Part shown: one piece after another, positions 17,237-27,567 of the stretch | Position numbering within the stretch: position 1 is the stretch's first letter | Layout of the letters: each line of letters starts with the position of its first letter | Source: Candidatus Xenobia bacterium | Lineage (GTDB): Bacteria > Vulcanimicrobiota > Xenobia > Xenobiales > QWHO01 | Length of the DNA: 64,000 bases | NCBI GenBank assembly: GCA_045863235.1 | Contig: BTUM01000030.1 | Coordinates: 1 to 64,000, forward strand | Reading direction: 5' to 3' | The notes under the pieces: generated by a model | The model's database searches: none | Seen by the model: the letters and a program-made list of their open reading frames with translations, nothing else | Told to the model about the DNA's origin: nothing | Program-made: the position numbers and the translations under genes

Positions 17237-20200
17237 TCAGGGCACCCCCACCGCGATGAAGGGCCCCCAGAAGTAGGGCGCCGAGAATTGTTTTTCCGTG
17301 CCCGCCAGCTTGAGCCGTACCAGCTCCGGGCTGCCGCGCAGCAGCTCGAGCTGGGCGGCCCTCAGGGCCTGGCCGGGGTCGAGCCCCGCCAGATAGTGGC
17401 CGTAGAAGCGCACCATCAAGGCTCGGGTCGCCTGATCGTCCACCTTCCACAGCGACAGCACCAGCCAGCGCACCCCGGTCGCCCGGAATGCGCGTCGCAG
17501 GCCCAGGATGCCTTCGCTGCCGGTCTTCTGGCCCAGTGCGGTCTGGCAGGCCGACAACACCACCAGCTCGGTTCCCCGCAGGTCCAGCTGAAAGACCTCC
17601 AGAGGCCTCAAGATGCCGTCCGACTTGCCGTTCCCTCCCAGGTTGGCACCCGCGAAAACCACCCCGGTCTTGCGGGCCAGGTAGTCCAGCGAGGCCCCGT
17701 AGGCCTGCTCGGCCCCCAGCGTGCTGAGTCGCCCCCAGCGGGCAGTGGATGCCCCGGCAAATCCGTGGGTGGCCAGATGCACCAGCTTGTGCCCGGGAGC
17801 CTGAGAGCAGAAGGCGTCCTCGGAAGCCGCCTGGCCGATCACCAGCTCTCCTCCGACCTGTTGCTGGATCAGGCGGGCTTCCTCGCGTGAGCCAGGCAGA
17901 TCGCTCCACAGGCCCGGACCATAATCGGGACCGCCCATGACCAGAGCCTTGCCCCCGGGCCGCAGCGGGCGGGGCTCCCACAGCTCGCGGGCGGTGTTCA
18001 GGTAAGCCAGGCTGAAGCGCTCGACGAGGTAACTCCCGCTGGCATCTTGCAGAATCTCGAAGGGAAGATCCTGTAGCGGTCCGTCGGCCACGATCAACAA
18101 TCGGTCGACCTCCTCGAGCCAGGGAAGAGCGGGCCCGAGCAGGGCCTGGTGCATCGCCACGGAGGCCTGGCCCAGGCCCGGGTCGTTCTGAGTCAGGAGA
18201 TGGCGCAGTCGGGTGACCGCCGGCACGTTCTCCAGGCGGGCGTGGTGCAGTCCCTTGCCCGTGATCACGAAGAGGTGCCAGCCGTCGGGGAGCAAGGCAT
18301 ACTCGAGCAGGGCGGCGCCACCGGGCAGGCGGGAACGAATCCCCTCGGCATCCGGGGCCGAGTCCAGCGGCCGCTCCTGGCGCAGGAGCTCAAGCTCCAG
18401 GCGCGCCATCTCCGAGCTGATCACATTGCGACGGACCAGCTGCTCAGGGGTGGCCTTCCCTTCGGCCCGCAGCGCCTCCAGCGGAGCCAGCTCCAGCACC
18501 AGCTCCCGGGCTCGGGCCAGAGCACGAGCCGACTCGGGATGGCGCTCGGCCCGCAACAGGGTCACCCGCCAGGCGTGCTCATTGAATCCGCGCCAGCTCT
18601 CCAGCGCCTGCAGGGCCTGGTCGGCATCCTGGCGCTGGCTGAGGTAGAGCCCGGCCAGCTGGCGGGGGAGCTCCTCGTACATGGCCCCCAGCAGGCTCAC
18701 CCCCCGAGATCCCGAGCCGAGTAAGACCTCACGGCGCAGCTGTTGGAGGCCCTGCAGGGCCTCCTGCCCGACCTCCAGCGCCTGGTCACGGCGGTCGAGA
18801 CCGATCAAGGATTGCATCCAGGCTAACTGAGCGTAGAGGGCCGAACCGCTCAACCCCAGGCGCCGATAGTCCCTCATGGCCTGCTCGTAATGCTCCCTGG
18901 CCGCCTCGAGCTGTCCCGAGGCCTGCTCGATGGTACCCAGGTCCTGCAAGATGGCCGCTCGCTGCTCCTCGCCGGCCTGGCTCAGGGCGGCTTGCAGGGT
19001 CGCCAACCCCTGGGCGGTTCGGCCTGACTGCCAGAGCGCCATTCCCAGCGCATGCTGGTGCGAGCTGAGCAGGGCTGGTCCGGCGCTGGCCGTCGGTTTC
19101 CCTTGCTCGAGGAGCTTCAGGGCCTGGCCCGGTTGGTTCGCCAGCAGCGCCAGCCGGGCCAGATTGCTCAACACGCGGCGCTCTTCCTCGATCATTCCCT
19201 GCTCGGCCAGCAGCATGCGGGCGGTCAACAGGTCGTGGACGGCCTGCTCCAGGTCGCCCAGCTGCTGCCAGTACTCCCCCCACTGGGCCATCACCACGGC
19301 CAGCTCGGGCTTGCGTCCCAGGCGGGTCAGGATGGCCACGCTCTCGGTTAGAGACCGGTGGGCCGCTTCGTAGTGGCCCAGATACAGGTGGGCCGAGCCC
19401 AGGCTGCCCAGGGTGGTGGCCACGGCGGGCTCCAGGCCCAGCTCGCGAAAGAGGGCCAGGGCCTTCTCGAGCCACACCAGACCTTCGGCCATGCGGCTCT
19501 GATCCACCAGCAGATTGCCGCGGGTGAGCATGATCGAGGCCAGCTGGCGCCGGTCGGTCAGCCTTTGCTCGGCCTGATCCAGGGCCTGGTAAGCCTCGGC
19601 GTGGCGCTTCTGGCGCTGGTAGAGTCCAGCCAGGTTGAGCCAGGCGGTGCCGGCTGGCCCGGGGGGCAGGGCTGGGATGGCCGCCAGGTAGGCCTGCTCG
19701 GCTTCCCGGTCGCGCCCCAGGCGCGATAGCGCGGTGGCCCGGTTCACGTCGATGGAGGCCTGCAGGAGCGGGTCGGGTAGTTGGCCTCGGGCCTGCTCGA
19801 GCTTCTCGAGGCCCTTTTCGTAGTGACCTTCTTGCACGTCAAGCAGGCCCAGATTCCAGGTCAGGCGGGCCAGCAGCTCGGTGTCGCCGATCTGGCCGGC
19901 CAGCTCGCCGGCTCGGAGGTAGCTGGCACGAGCCTCATCCAGGCGCTCGAAGTCGGAGAGGAGATTGCCCAGATCCTTGTAGACCAGGGCCCCCTCTTGC
20001 TCCAGGCCGGGCTGGTAGCGGGCCGCCGCCTGACGCAGCAGCGACTCGGCCTGTTCGTGCCGGTCCTGGCCGCGTAGCTGGTCGGCTCGCAGTCTCTCCA
20101 GCGCCATCCGTCCCCCCGCGGGAGCGCTGGCGGGCAAGACGGCCAGAGCACGCTCGAGGTTTCCCAGTCGGGCCAGGCAGCAGGCTTCGCCCAAAGGGTC

Positions 20201-20356
20201 GCCCAGCTCGCGGCAAAGCTCGGCGGCCCGCTCCAGCTCACCCGCCTCCAGCGCTTCGGCCACGGCCGCAGGCGGCTCCCAGCGCAGAGCTTGAAGGGGA
20301 TCCGAGCTGGCGGCCAGATTGAGGTAAGCCAGCAGCAGCAGCACAGCCAGGCGCAT
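17237..20356 (-). CDS. TPR-repeat + CHAT (caspase-like) protease with signal peptide
   Basis: MRLAVLLLLAYLNLAA; many TPRs; HLATHG and VLSACQT catalytic His/Cys; PYFWGPF. Confidence 0.92.
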   Translation of the reverse strand: MRLAVLLLLAYLNLAASSDPLQALRWEPPAAVAEALEAGELERAAELCRELGDPLGEACCLARLGNLERALAVLPASAPAGGRMALERLRADQLRGQDRHEQAESLLRQAAARYQPGLEQEGALVYKDLGNLLSDFERLDEARASYLRAGELAGQIGDTELLARLTWNLGLLDVQEGHYEKGLEKLEQARGQLPDPLLQASIDVNRATALSRLGRDREAEQAYLAAIPALPPGPAGTAWLNLAGLYQRQKRHAEAYQALDQAEQRLTDRRQLASIMLTRGNLLVDQSRMAEGLVWLEKALALFRELGLEPAVATTLGSLGSAHLYLGHYEAAHRSLTESVAILTRLGRKPELAVVMAQWGEYWQQLGDLEQAVHDLLTARMLLAEQGMIEEERRVLSNLARLALLANQPGQALKLLEQGKPTASAGPALLSSHQHALGMALWQSGRTAQGLATLQAALSQAGEEQRAAILQDLGTIEQASGQLEAAREHYEQAMRDYRRLGLSGSALYAQLAWMQSLIGLDRRDQALEVGQEALQGLQQLRREVLLGSGSRGVSLLGAMYEELPRQLAGLYLSQRQDADQALQALESWRGFNEHAWRVTLLRAERHPESARALARARELVLELAPLEALRAEGKATPEQLVRRNVISSEMARLELELLRQERPLDSAPDAEGIRSRLPGGAALLEYALLPDGWHLFVITGKGLHHARLENVPAVTRLRHLLTQNDPGLGQASVAMHQALLGPALPWLEEVDRLLIVADGPLQDLPFEILQDASGSYLVERFSLAYLNTARELWEPRPLRPGGKALVMGGPDYGPGLWSDLPGSREEARLIQQQVGGELVIGQAASEDAFCSQAPGHKLVHLATHGFAGASTARWGRLSTLGAEQAYGASLDYLARKTGVVFAGANLGGNGKSDGILRPLEVFQLDLRGTELVVLSACQTALGQKTGSEGILGLRRAFRATGVRWLVLSLWKVDDQATRALMVRFYGHYLAGLDPGQALRAAQLELLRGSPELVRLKLAGTEKQFSAPYFWGPFIAVGVP

Positions 20357-20418
20357 GGCCAGCACTTCGCGCTCACCCCTCGGCAGGCCCGCCGCCGGGG
20401 TTTCCAGAACCGCCCGGG

Positions 20419-22128
20419 ATGGACCCGCACTCCCTCTTCGAGCAGGCCAACAAGCTCTTTCTGGAAGATCATGACCAGGCGGGCGCGACTCCGCTCTACC
20501 GTCGGGCCGCCGAGCAGGGGCACGCCGGGGCTCAGTATGCCATGGGCCTGCTCGAGCCCGAGCAGGGGGTCTGGTGGCTGACCCTGGCGGCCCGTCAGGA
20601 CCACCCGGACGCGCAGTTCGACCTGGCCACGAAGCTGCTGGTGGAGCATGGCAAGTCATCGGAGGCGGCCCAGTGGTACCGAAGGGCTGCTCTCCAGGGC
20701 CTGGCGGCGGCTCAGTACAGCCTGGGCGTGCTGCTGGCGGTGGGCCCCGAGTTCTTGCAGCAGGCGCTGCGCCGCCACCAGCAGGGCGACTCCAAGTACC
20801 AGGCCGCCGAGCTGCTGGAAAGCCTGGACCTCGAGCAGGCCGTGAGCTGGTTTCGCCTGGCCGCCGACCAGGGCCACGCCGACGCCCAGTACACCCTGGC
20901 CGGAATGCTCTCGGCCGGTCAGGGCGCTCCAGCCGACGATGCGGAGGCTGAGCGGCGCTTCCGTCAGGCGGCCGAGCAGGGTCATCCCATCGCCCAGTAC
21001 CGGCTGGGGGCCCTGCTTCTGGATCGGGATCCGGAGCTGGGCGCCATCTGGTGCCGGCGAGCGGCCGAGCAGGGCTATGCCGACGCCCAGCACCTGCTGG
21101 CGGCGTTGATTGCAGAGCAGGGCGATTTTGCCGAGGCAGCCGTCTGGTTCCGAAAGGCGGCCGAGCAGGGCCATCCGGGGGCCCAGAACCACCTGGGATA
21201 TGTGCTGGCCCAGGGTCTGGGAGTCCCTGTGGATGCCGAGGAGTCGGCCCACTGGCTGCGCCTCTCGGCCGAGAGCGGGCAGGCCGACGCCCAGCGGAAC
21301 CTGGCCGTGTTGCTCGCCCAGGCAGGCAATTACGAGGAGGCTGCCCTGTGGTATGGCCGGGCTGCCGAACAGGGCCATGCTGCGGCTCAGTTCATTCTGG
21401 CTACGATGTATGCAGAGGGCGAAGGCGTTCCGCAAGACAGCGAGCAGTCGCTGGTCTGGTTGCGTCGCTCGGCCTCGCAGGGCTTTGGGCGGGCCCAGCT
21501 GCGGCTGGGCAGCCTGCTGGCAGAAACCGGTCCCCGTGAGGAGGCGATCCACTGGCTCCAGGCGGCGGCCGCCCAGGGGTTGGAGGAGGCGTACTCCGAG
21601 CTGGGCATGCTCTACCTCGACAACGACCCGGTGGAGGCCGACCGCTGGCTTCGTCCCCTGGCCGAGAAAGGGGACGCCGACGCTCAGGCCATGCTGGGCA
21701 TCTTGCACTGCGACCATGATCCGGCCGGAGCGGCGGGGTGGTTCCGGAAGGCGGCCGAGCAGGACCATCCGGGCGGGCAGTACAACCTGGGCGTGCTTTA
21801 CTACCAGGGTCTGGGGGTCGAGCCCGACGAACGCGAGGCCCTGCGCTGGTTCCACCGCTCGGCCACGGCCGGCCACGTGCGTGCCCAGTACAACCTGGCC
21901 GCTATCCTGGAGTCCCAGGACCCGGCCGAGGCGGCCGGTTGGTATCACCGGGCCGCCGAGCAGGGGCTCGACCACGCTCAGTTCAGCCTGGGACAGATGT
22001 TCTTTCGCGGTCACGGAGTGGAGCGGGATCTGGCCCAGGCCCTCCACTGGTTTGGCAAGGCCGCTGAGCAGGGCCACCAGGAAGCGGCCGCCGTGGTGGC
22101 TCGACTTACAAGAGCAGCTGGCGGGTGA
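20419..22128 (+). CDS. Sel1-like repeat protein
   Basis: Repeated W(F/Y)RKAAEQGHxxAQxxLG. Confidence 0.93.
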   Translation: MDPHSLFEQANKLFLEDHDQAGATPLYRRAAEQGHAGAQYAMGLLEPEQGVWWLTLAARQDHPDAQFDLATKLLVEHGKSSEAAQWYRRAALQGLAAAQYSLGVLLAVGPEFLQQALRRHQQGDSKYQAAELLESLDLEQAVSWFRLAADQGHADAQYTLAGMLSAGQGAPADDAEAERRFRQAAEQGHPIAQYRLGALLLDRDPELGAIWCRRAAEQGYADAQHLLAALIAEQGDFAEAAVWFRKAAEQGHPGAQNHLGYVLAQGLGVPVDAEESAHWLRLSAESGQADAQRNLAVLLAQAGNYEEAALWYGRAAEQGHAAAQFILATMYAEGEGVPQDSEQSLVWLRRSASQGFGRAQLRLGSLLAETGPREEAIHWLQAAAAQGLEEAYSELGMLYLDNDPVEADRWLRPLAEKGDADAQAMLGILHCDHDPAGAAGWFRKAAEQDHPGGQYNLGVLYYQGLGVEPDEREALRWFHRSATAGHVRAQYNLAAILESQDPAEAAGWYHRAAEQGLDHAQFSLGQMFFRGHGVERDLAQALHWFGKAAEQGHQEAAAVVARLTRAAGG

Positions 22129-23146
22129 ACTCGGGCAGCTCGGCCTGGTGGCGAGGAGAGAAGCGCTCTCCCCGGACCGGCTCGAGGGTCGCTGCTCGCA
22201 CCCGTTCCAGGGTCCCTGAGGCCAGCAGGTCGGCGACCCCGCTCAGCTCGGCCTGGTGTAACTCGCGGTAGGTCGCCCGGGCTATGGCTGCCTCGCGCTC
22301 GAAGCCCTTGCGCTCCAGCCAGGTGTAGGCGATGTGGCTGTCCTGGGCCACTCCCAGTCCGTCCACCACACCCGCCATGCGATCCAGGTCGGGTTGAGCC
22401 ACGTTGACCGTCTCGCGCCCGGCCAGGAGAGCGTGCACCACGCGGCGCAGCGCCTTGCGGCCATCGTGGAAGGCATCCGGGTCTTCGTGTTGCAGGCCGA
22501 CCTGGTCGAGTTTGTCGAGCAGCTTGGAAACGTGCTGGCGGTTGCGGCGCTCGTCTTCGCGCAGCAGCATGGCGGGGGTCGCTTCCTGGCCGAAGGGCTT
22601 GCTCAGCGAGCGGCGCACGCGCTTGAGGCCGTCCTGGCGGAAGTGGCTCCAGGCCCCCTCGAACTGCTCGGCCCGGCGAGCCTTCTCCTTGTCGATGGCC
22701 TTCTCGAGCCTGGCGGGCAACACGCCCCCGGGAAACTGGGAGCGCACGGTATCCTCCAGGATGCCGGCGTCCTTGTAGCGGCCCACGGCCGAGGCCAGCC
22801 GACTCAACTCGCGCATGCCTCGCCGGTAGTCTTTGGTGGAAAATGAGTCGCGGTGAGCCTCCACCACCGACATGGTGGCCCGCACCAGGCGGCGGAGGTT
22901 GGAGCTATCCACCTCCCAGGGGGTGGGCTGCTCGCCCAACGCCTTCACCGTCGCTCGCAGGGCATCCAGGGCCGGAAAAAGCTGGCTGCCCAGGCTGGGA
23001 CAAAGAGGCCCGGCCTCCACCCTGGCCGGGGCGGTGGCCAGGGCCAGGAAGACATCCTTCTGGCCTTCAAGGGGGAAGGTGCGTGGGCTGGAGGCCTGGA
23101 CCGGCAGGCCGGCCAGCAAGAATCCACTGGTGTCGAGCGCGAGCAT
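22106..23146 (-). CDS. CHAD-domain protein
   Basis: LSRLASAVGRYKD, FHDGRKALRR, LGVAQDSH. Confidence 0.75.
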   Translation of the reverse strand: MLALDTSGFLLAGLPVQASSPRTFPLEGQKDVFLALATAPARVEAGPLCPSLGSQLFPALDALRATVKALGEQPTPWEVDSSNLRRLVRATMSVVEAHRDSFSTKDYRRGMRELSRLASAVGRYKDAGILEDTVRSQFPGGVLPARLEKAIDKEKARRAEQFEGAWSHFRQDGLKRVRRSLSKPFGQEATPAMLLREDERRNRQHVSKLLDKLDQVGLQHEDPDAFHDGRKALRRVVHALLAGRETVNVAQPDLDRMAGVVDGLGVAQDSHIAYTWLERKGFEREAAIARATYRELHQAELSGVADLLASGTLERVRAATLEPVRGERFSPRHQAELPEFTRQLLL

Positions 23147-23195
23147 CGCCTTCAGCCTAGACGGGAAGGCTGAAAGAACCTTGATACGCTGGAAT

Positions 23196-23576
23196 CTAGC
23201 GGTACCAGTACTCCCAGCGGCGCACGATCACTTTGCCCTTCTCGTCCACAATCAGCGTCAGATATTCGTTGGAGCGGGACGAGATGGCCACTGGCGGACG
23301 CTCGTCGATGCGCGCAAAGATCTTGCCCTCATGATCGTACAGCCGGGTCACTCCGGCTCGGGTCTTGAGCTCGAGGTAGGGCGCTCCGTCCTGGTTGGGG
23401 TCGCCCTGGGGGAGCTCCAACCTCACGACACTGGAGCCGTAGCGGTCGATGGTCGTCACCTCGGTCTGGCCAAGACTGACCCGGGCGGGAGCGTCGGAGT
23501 TGTTCTCGAGTGACCGCACCTGGGTCTCGGCCCGGGCTGACAGGCACAGGAGCAACACCAGAAGAATGGTTTTCAA
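23196..23576 (-). CDS. Secreted hypothetical protein
   Basis: Signal peptide MKTILLVLLLCLSARA; TTGA overlap with dacB. Confidence 0.7.
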   Translation of the reverse strand: MKTILLVLLLCLSARAETQVRSLENNSDAPARVSLGQTEVTTIDRYGSSVVRLELPQGDPNQDGAPYLELKTRAGVTRLYDHEGKIFARIDERPPVAISSRSNEYLTLIVDEKGKVIVRRWEYWYR

Positions 23577-25045
23577 AGCGGATCCCTCCAGCCGGCGATG
23601 GCTTGCACCACGCGGTCCTCCAGGTCAACGGCGCTCCAGGTGCCCTCCACGTCGTTGACCAGCACCGAGAAGGCGATGGTCTGCCCGTAGGCGCTGACCA
23701 CGTAGCCGCTCAGGCCCGAGTGCCCCTTCAGGGTGCCCGTCTTGGCGCGCACGGCCAGGCCGGAGAGGCGGTAGGCCAGGGTGCCCTGCCCGCCGGCCGG
23801 AAGCGAGTCGATGAACTGCTGTGCGTATTCGTGCTGCCACATAGCGCCGAGTACTTCCACCATCTGCCGAGGGGACACCCGGTCCAGGGTGGACAGGCCG
23901 CAGCCGTCCACCATCTTGAGCCCGTTGGTGTCAATGCCGTTCTTGCGCATGAAGGCGGCCACCGCGGCTTCACCGCTGGCGGCACTGCCGTGGCCGCCGT
24001 GCCTCCAGCCGAGAGACTTGAACAGGTGCTGAGCGAACAGGTTGTCGCTTTCGCGATTGACCTGGGACGCGAGCTCGATCAGTCGCGGTGACTTGAAGCG
24101 CGCGTAGACCTTCAGCTTGCTTACCTGGGGAGATTCGGCCATGCGGTCGATGAGGCGAAACGAGCCGGTGTGGCTGATGCCGCCCTTCTCCAGCAGGCGC
24201 GCGAAGACGCCGGCCGAGAAGAGGGCCGGGTTGTCCACGGTGATGGTGCGATGCACGACCGCGCCGGGAGCGATCACGCCCGAGACGGTGACCACGTCCG
24301 AGCCGTCCTCGCGGGTCACGTAGACTTCGCTGTAGCTGCCTGGCTTGAGCTTGTTGTCGAACCGGATGGAGGCCGAGGAGGGGTTGGTGATGATCTTGCC
24401 GGGGGTGATAATCAGCTCGACCAGGTTGGCATTGACCGACAGAGCGGCCACGCCGGCCGCATAGTCATCGAGCAGGTAACGTTCAAACCAGCCCCGACCG
24501 CGGAACTCGCGATCGAAAGCCGAATCGTCGGCCACCACATCGCCCACGACCCCCTTGACGCCGGCTTTGCGCAATTGGCGCACGAAGAAGCGGAACGGCT
24601 CGGTGGCCGGGGTGTTGTAAGGCTCGCAGAAGGATGGATCGCCCGAGCCCACCAGGTAGAGGTGGCCGGCGATGATTCCTCCCGAGTTCGGCTCGGGTCC
24701 TCGCAACTCGGTCTCGAAGCGATGCTCGGGCCCGAAGGCATCCAGAGCGGCGGCGGTCGTCAGCACTTTCAGGTTGGACGCCGGGATCATGGGGGTGTTC
24801 CCGTTCTCGTTGTAGAGCACCCGTCCGGTTTTGACCACCTTGATGTAAATGCCGCACTTGCCGCGCAGGCCCGTGCTCTGCACCATGTTGGAGATCTTCT
24901 GCTTGAAGGTGATGGCCGAGGGCGGCGGGTCAGCCGCGGCCGGTAGGGCCATCAGGAGTGCCCACAGGCACAGCAGGCTCAACGGTCGCAAAAAGCAGTC
25001 CTCCCAATGGGGAATCCTTGGGAATTCAACCGGTTGGGGGAACAA
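23573..25045 (-). CDS. dacB: D-Ala-D-Ala carboxypeptidase/endopeptidase (PBP4, peptidase S13)
   Basis: PASNLK, ESDNLFA, AKTGTL; true start probably slightly downstream of 25045. Confidence 0.93.
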   Translation of the reverse strand: MFPQPVEFPRIPHWEDCFLRPLSLLCLWALLMALPAAADPPPSAITFKQKISNMVQSTGLRGKCGIYIKVVKTGRVLYNENGNTPMIPASNLKVLTTAAALDAFGPEHRFETELRGPEPNSGGIIAGHLYLVGSGDPSFCEPYNTPATEPFRFFVRQLRKAGVKGVVGDVVADDSAFDREFRGRGWFERYLLDDYAAGVAALSVNANLVELIITPGKIITNPSSASIRFDNKLKPGSYSEVYVTREDGSDVVTVSGVIAPGAVVHRTITVDNPALFSAGVFARLLEKGGISHTGSFRLIDRMAESPQVSKLKVYARFKSPRLIELASQVNRESDNLFAQHLFKSLGWRHGGHGSAASGEAAVAAFMRKNGIDTNGLKMVDGCGLSTLDRVSPRQMVEVLGAMWQHEYAQQFIDSLPAGGQGTLAYRLSGLAVRAKTGTLKGHSGLSGYVVSAYGQTIAFSVLVNDVEGTWSAVDLEDRVVQAIAGWRDPL

Positions 25046-25096
25046 TCCTACCAGGATTGAAAAAAATTCTGGTCCAGGGCTGGGTTCCGGTTTGAC

Positions 25097-25705
25097 TCAA
25101 TCCTGCTCGTGCAACCAGGCCAGGGTCTTGTCCAACCCGTGGTTCTTCTCGTGCTCGAGCACCGACTTGATGGCCTTGCCGAACATGTAATGCTTGATTT
25201 TCAGCAAGCGCCGCGCTTCCTGGTGGGCCCCGGCCCGAGAGAGCACGTGATATTCCACCCAGCGCGCCATGCCCTCGCGCAGGGCGATGTTCTTGGTGAG
25301 GATCTTCTTCTCGTGCTGGTAGGCGTGCACCAGCTCGTGAGCGAGAATCGAGCGAAAGCGCGGGCGGGGCAGACCGGGGGCCACCAGAACCTCGTGCCCG
25401 CGGCGCTCGCCCAGCTCTTGCGGCGTGTAGCGCCCCATGTTGCCCTCGGCGTGATAGAGGGAGGCCTTCCAACCGATACCGGGAGGGTGCTTCAGCTCCA
25501 GAAAGACCGGCCAGGTCAACTTGATCTGGAACCAGGTCTGCAGATCTTCAACCAGCTCGTCCATGGCCATGCGAGCCTGGACCGAGCCGTCAATGGTACG
25601 GGCGGTCTGGAACTCGGAGGTGGTAAACTGGTACTCGCTGCGGCCGGTCATGGCAAATTCGACGGTGCGGCCCAGCCAGTTCACGAGCTTCTCGACGACG
25701 CCCAC
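25097..25705 (-). CDS. Putative zinc metallopeptidase
   Basis: LAHELVHAY...LREGMARW (HExxH plus downstream Glu); start uncertain. Confidence 0.65.
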   Translation of the reverse strand: MGVVEKLVNWLGRTVEFAMTGRSEYQFTTSEFQTARTIDGSVQARMAMDELVEDLQTWFQIKLTWPVFLELKHPPGIGWKASLYHAEGNMGRYTPQELGERRGHEVLVAPGLPRPRFRSILAHELVHAYQHEKKILTKNIALREGMARWVEYHVLSRAGAHQEARRLLKIKHYMFGKAIKSVLEHEKNHGLDKTLAWLHEQD

Positions 25706-25766
25706 TCTGGCGAGTTCGACCTCGAGGCGGGATTGCCTGGCAGGCAGGGCGAAGGCGCCGGCACTC

Positions 25767-27530
25767 ATGCGGAAAACCTGGCTGATTCTCATGCTTTTTG
25801 TCCTGGTTGCTCTGGGAGTGGCGCAACCGCCTTCGGCGACGCCCACCCCTGAGCCCGCCCCCACCAATGCTGCCGATCAGGCCCAGCAGAGGGTGACTGT
25901 GGAAGGCTATGGAGCTTTCCCGGTCGGGGTGAGCCAGGCCCAGGCCCGCCAGATGGCCGGCCAGGTAGCCCTGCTCTCGGCCTATCGACAGCTGACTCTG
26001 AAGGCCCGCGCCTTCAGTCAGCCGCGTCAGGAAGGCAACGAGCTTCAGGAGGTGACCGTGTCGGCTCAGCACGGCAGTCCGGCCTGGCTGGCCTGGGCCC
26101 TGCGGGCCGAACCGGTGACCGCTGTCGAGGAAGGGCGTGGGGTCAAGGTGACTCTCAAGAGCCCACCTCTGGGCGAGATCGCCTCCACCACCCCTTTTCT
26201 GAGCCGCACCAGCATCTATGACATCGACCGCGATGGCGTCAATGAGACCATCGGGGCGGGCTATGACGGACGCATCTACGTGCTGCGGGAGCAAGCGGGC
26301 CGGCTTCGCGTGCTGGCCGCCACTCCCGGCTACGCCGAGCTGCACAGCTCGGTGCGCAACCAGTGGGAACACGTTCTGTTGACCCGGCTCGACAGTCTGA
26401 GCTCGATCGAGCCCGCTGGCAGGGGGCGTGTGCGCGTGGTGGCCCACCTCTCTCGCACCGAGGCGGTGGGCGGCTTTCTGGCCGGCGCCGCCACCGAGGA
26501 GCGCGAGGTCCTGGTCACCCTGGACAAGAACGAGCCCGCGCCCGACATTCAGGTCAGCGAGCCGCTCGACTTTACTCCCGTGGATCCGGACAAGATCCCG
26601 CTCAAGGGTCTTCTGACCGCACCCTCGCGGCTCTCCAAGGCGGTCTTGATGGTCAACGGCACCCAGGTGTGGTCAAGTCCCCCCCGCTTGCAGGCTCGCT
26701 CGCTCAAGCTCGACCTCATGCTCGACCTGATTCCCGGTTTCAATCGGGCCCTGCTGCAGGTGGTCGACAGTCAGAATCGCCCCGCCGAGCGCGAGGTGGT
26801 GGTCTATCGGCGAGGAGAGCCGACCCCTCTGAAAGGCCAGCAGAAGCGAGCTCTAGTGGTGGGTGTGGAGAGCTACCCGGACGGCAAGGTCGCTCACGCG
26901 GTCAGCGATGCCCAGGCCATGGCCCGGGCTCTGGTCGAGAAGGCAGGCTTTCCGGCCCAGCAGGTCAGCACTCTGGAAGGCCCCGCCGCCACTCGGGACG
27001 CGATCGCCAAAGCCATGGGAGCGCTCACCTTCGATTCTGGCCAGCAAGACCTGGTGGTCTTTTACTTCGCGGGCATGAGCGGGCTGAACTCTCTGGGCAA
27101 CAAGCAACTGATGGCCTCCGACACCCAGCCCGACAGCCAGAACGGGGTCTCGGCCGAGGACCTGCAGCGCTTTCTCAACGACCTTCCCACCCACAACGTG
27201 GTGGTGCTGTTGGATACGGCCCGGGTCGACAAGTCCGAGGCAGACAGCCGCTGGTTGGCCAACGACGACTTCTTGACCCGCTCCGGGGGGATCGGCAGGC
27301 TGATCCTGTCTTCCGGTGATCCCTCTCCCTCCGAGCGCGTGGGATCGGGGAGCAGCGGTGTGGTTACCCGCAAGCTGGTCGAGGGTCTGGGCGGGCAGAC
27401 TGGCGGCACCGTCCAGGAGCTTTACCGATTTGCCTACGAGGGCGTGGCCAGGGAAGCTGCCGAGCGCAAGGTTCTCCCCATCTTGCCGCTGCTCAGGGGC
27501 AGGCCCGTGGGAGTTCAATCGCTGCGCTGA
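25767..27530 (+). CDS. Exported multidomain protein with degenerate caspase (C14) domain
   Basis: Signal peptide; Ig-like region; KRALVVGVESY...AVSDA...VFYFAGM...LLDTAR. Confidence 0.75.
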   Translation: MRKTWLILMLFVLVALGVAQPPSATPTPEPAPTNAADQAQQRVTVEGYGAFPVGVSQAQARQMAGQVALLSAYRQLTLKARAFSQPRQEGNELQEVTVSAQHGSPAWLAWALRAEPVTAVEEGRGVKVTLKSPPLGEIASTTPFLSRTSIYDIDRDGVNETIGAGYDGRIYVLREQAGRLRVLAATPGYAELHSSVRNQWEHVLLTRLDSLSSIEPAGRGRVRVVAHLSRTEAVGGFLAGAATEEREVLVTLDKNEPAPDIQVSEPLDFTPVDPDKIPLKGLLTAPSRLSKAVLMVNGTQVWSSPPRLQARSLKLDLMLDLIPGFNRALLQVVDSQNRPAEREVVVYRRGEPTPLKGQQKRALVVGVESYPDGKVAHAVSDAQAMARALVEKAGFPAQQVSTLEGPAATRDAIAKAMGALTFDSGQQDLVVFYFAGMSGLNSLGNKQLMASDTQPDSQNGVSAEDLQRFLNDLPTHNVVVLLDTARVDKSEADSRWLANDDFLTRSGGIGRLILSSGDPSPSERVGSGSSGVVTRKLVEGLGGQTGGTVQELYRFAYEGVAREAAERKVLPILPLLRGRPVGVQSLR

Positions 27531-27567
27531 GGAATCCGGCAAGTGAACTGGCCGACGAGGCCGAAGC

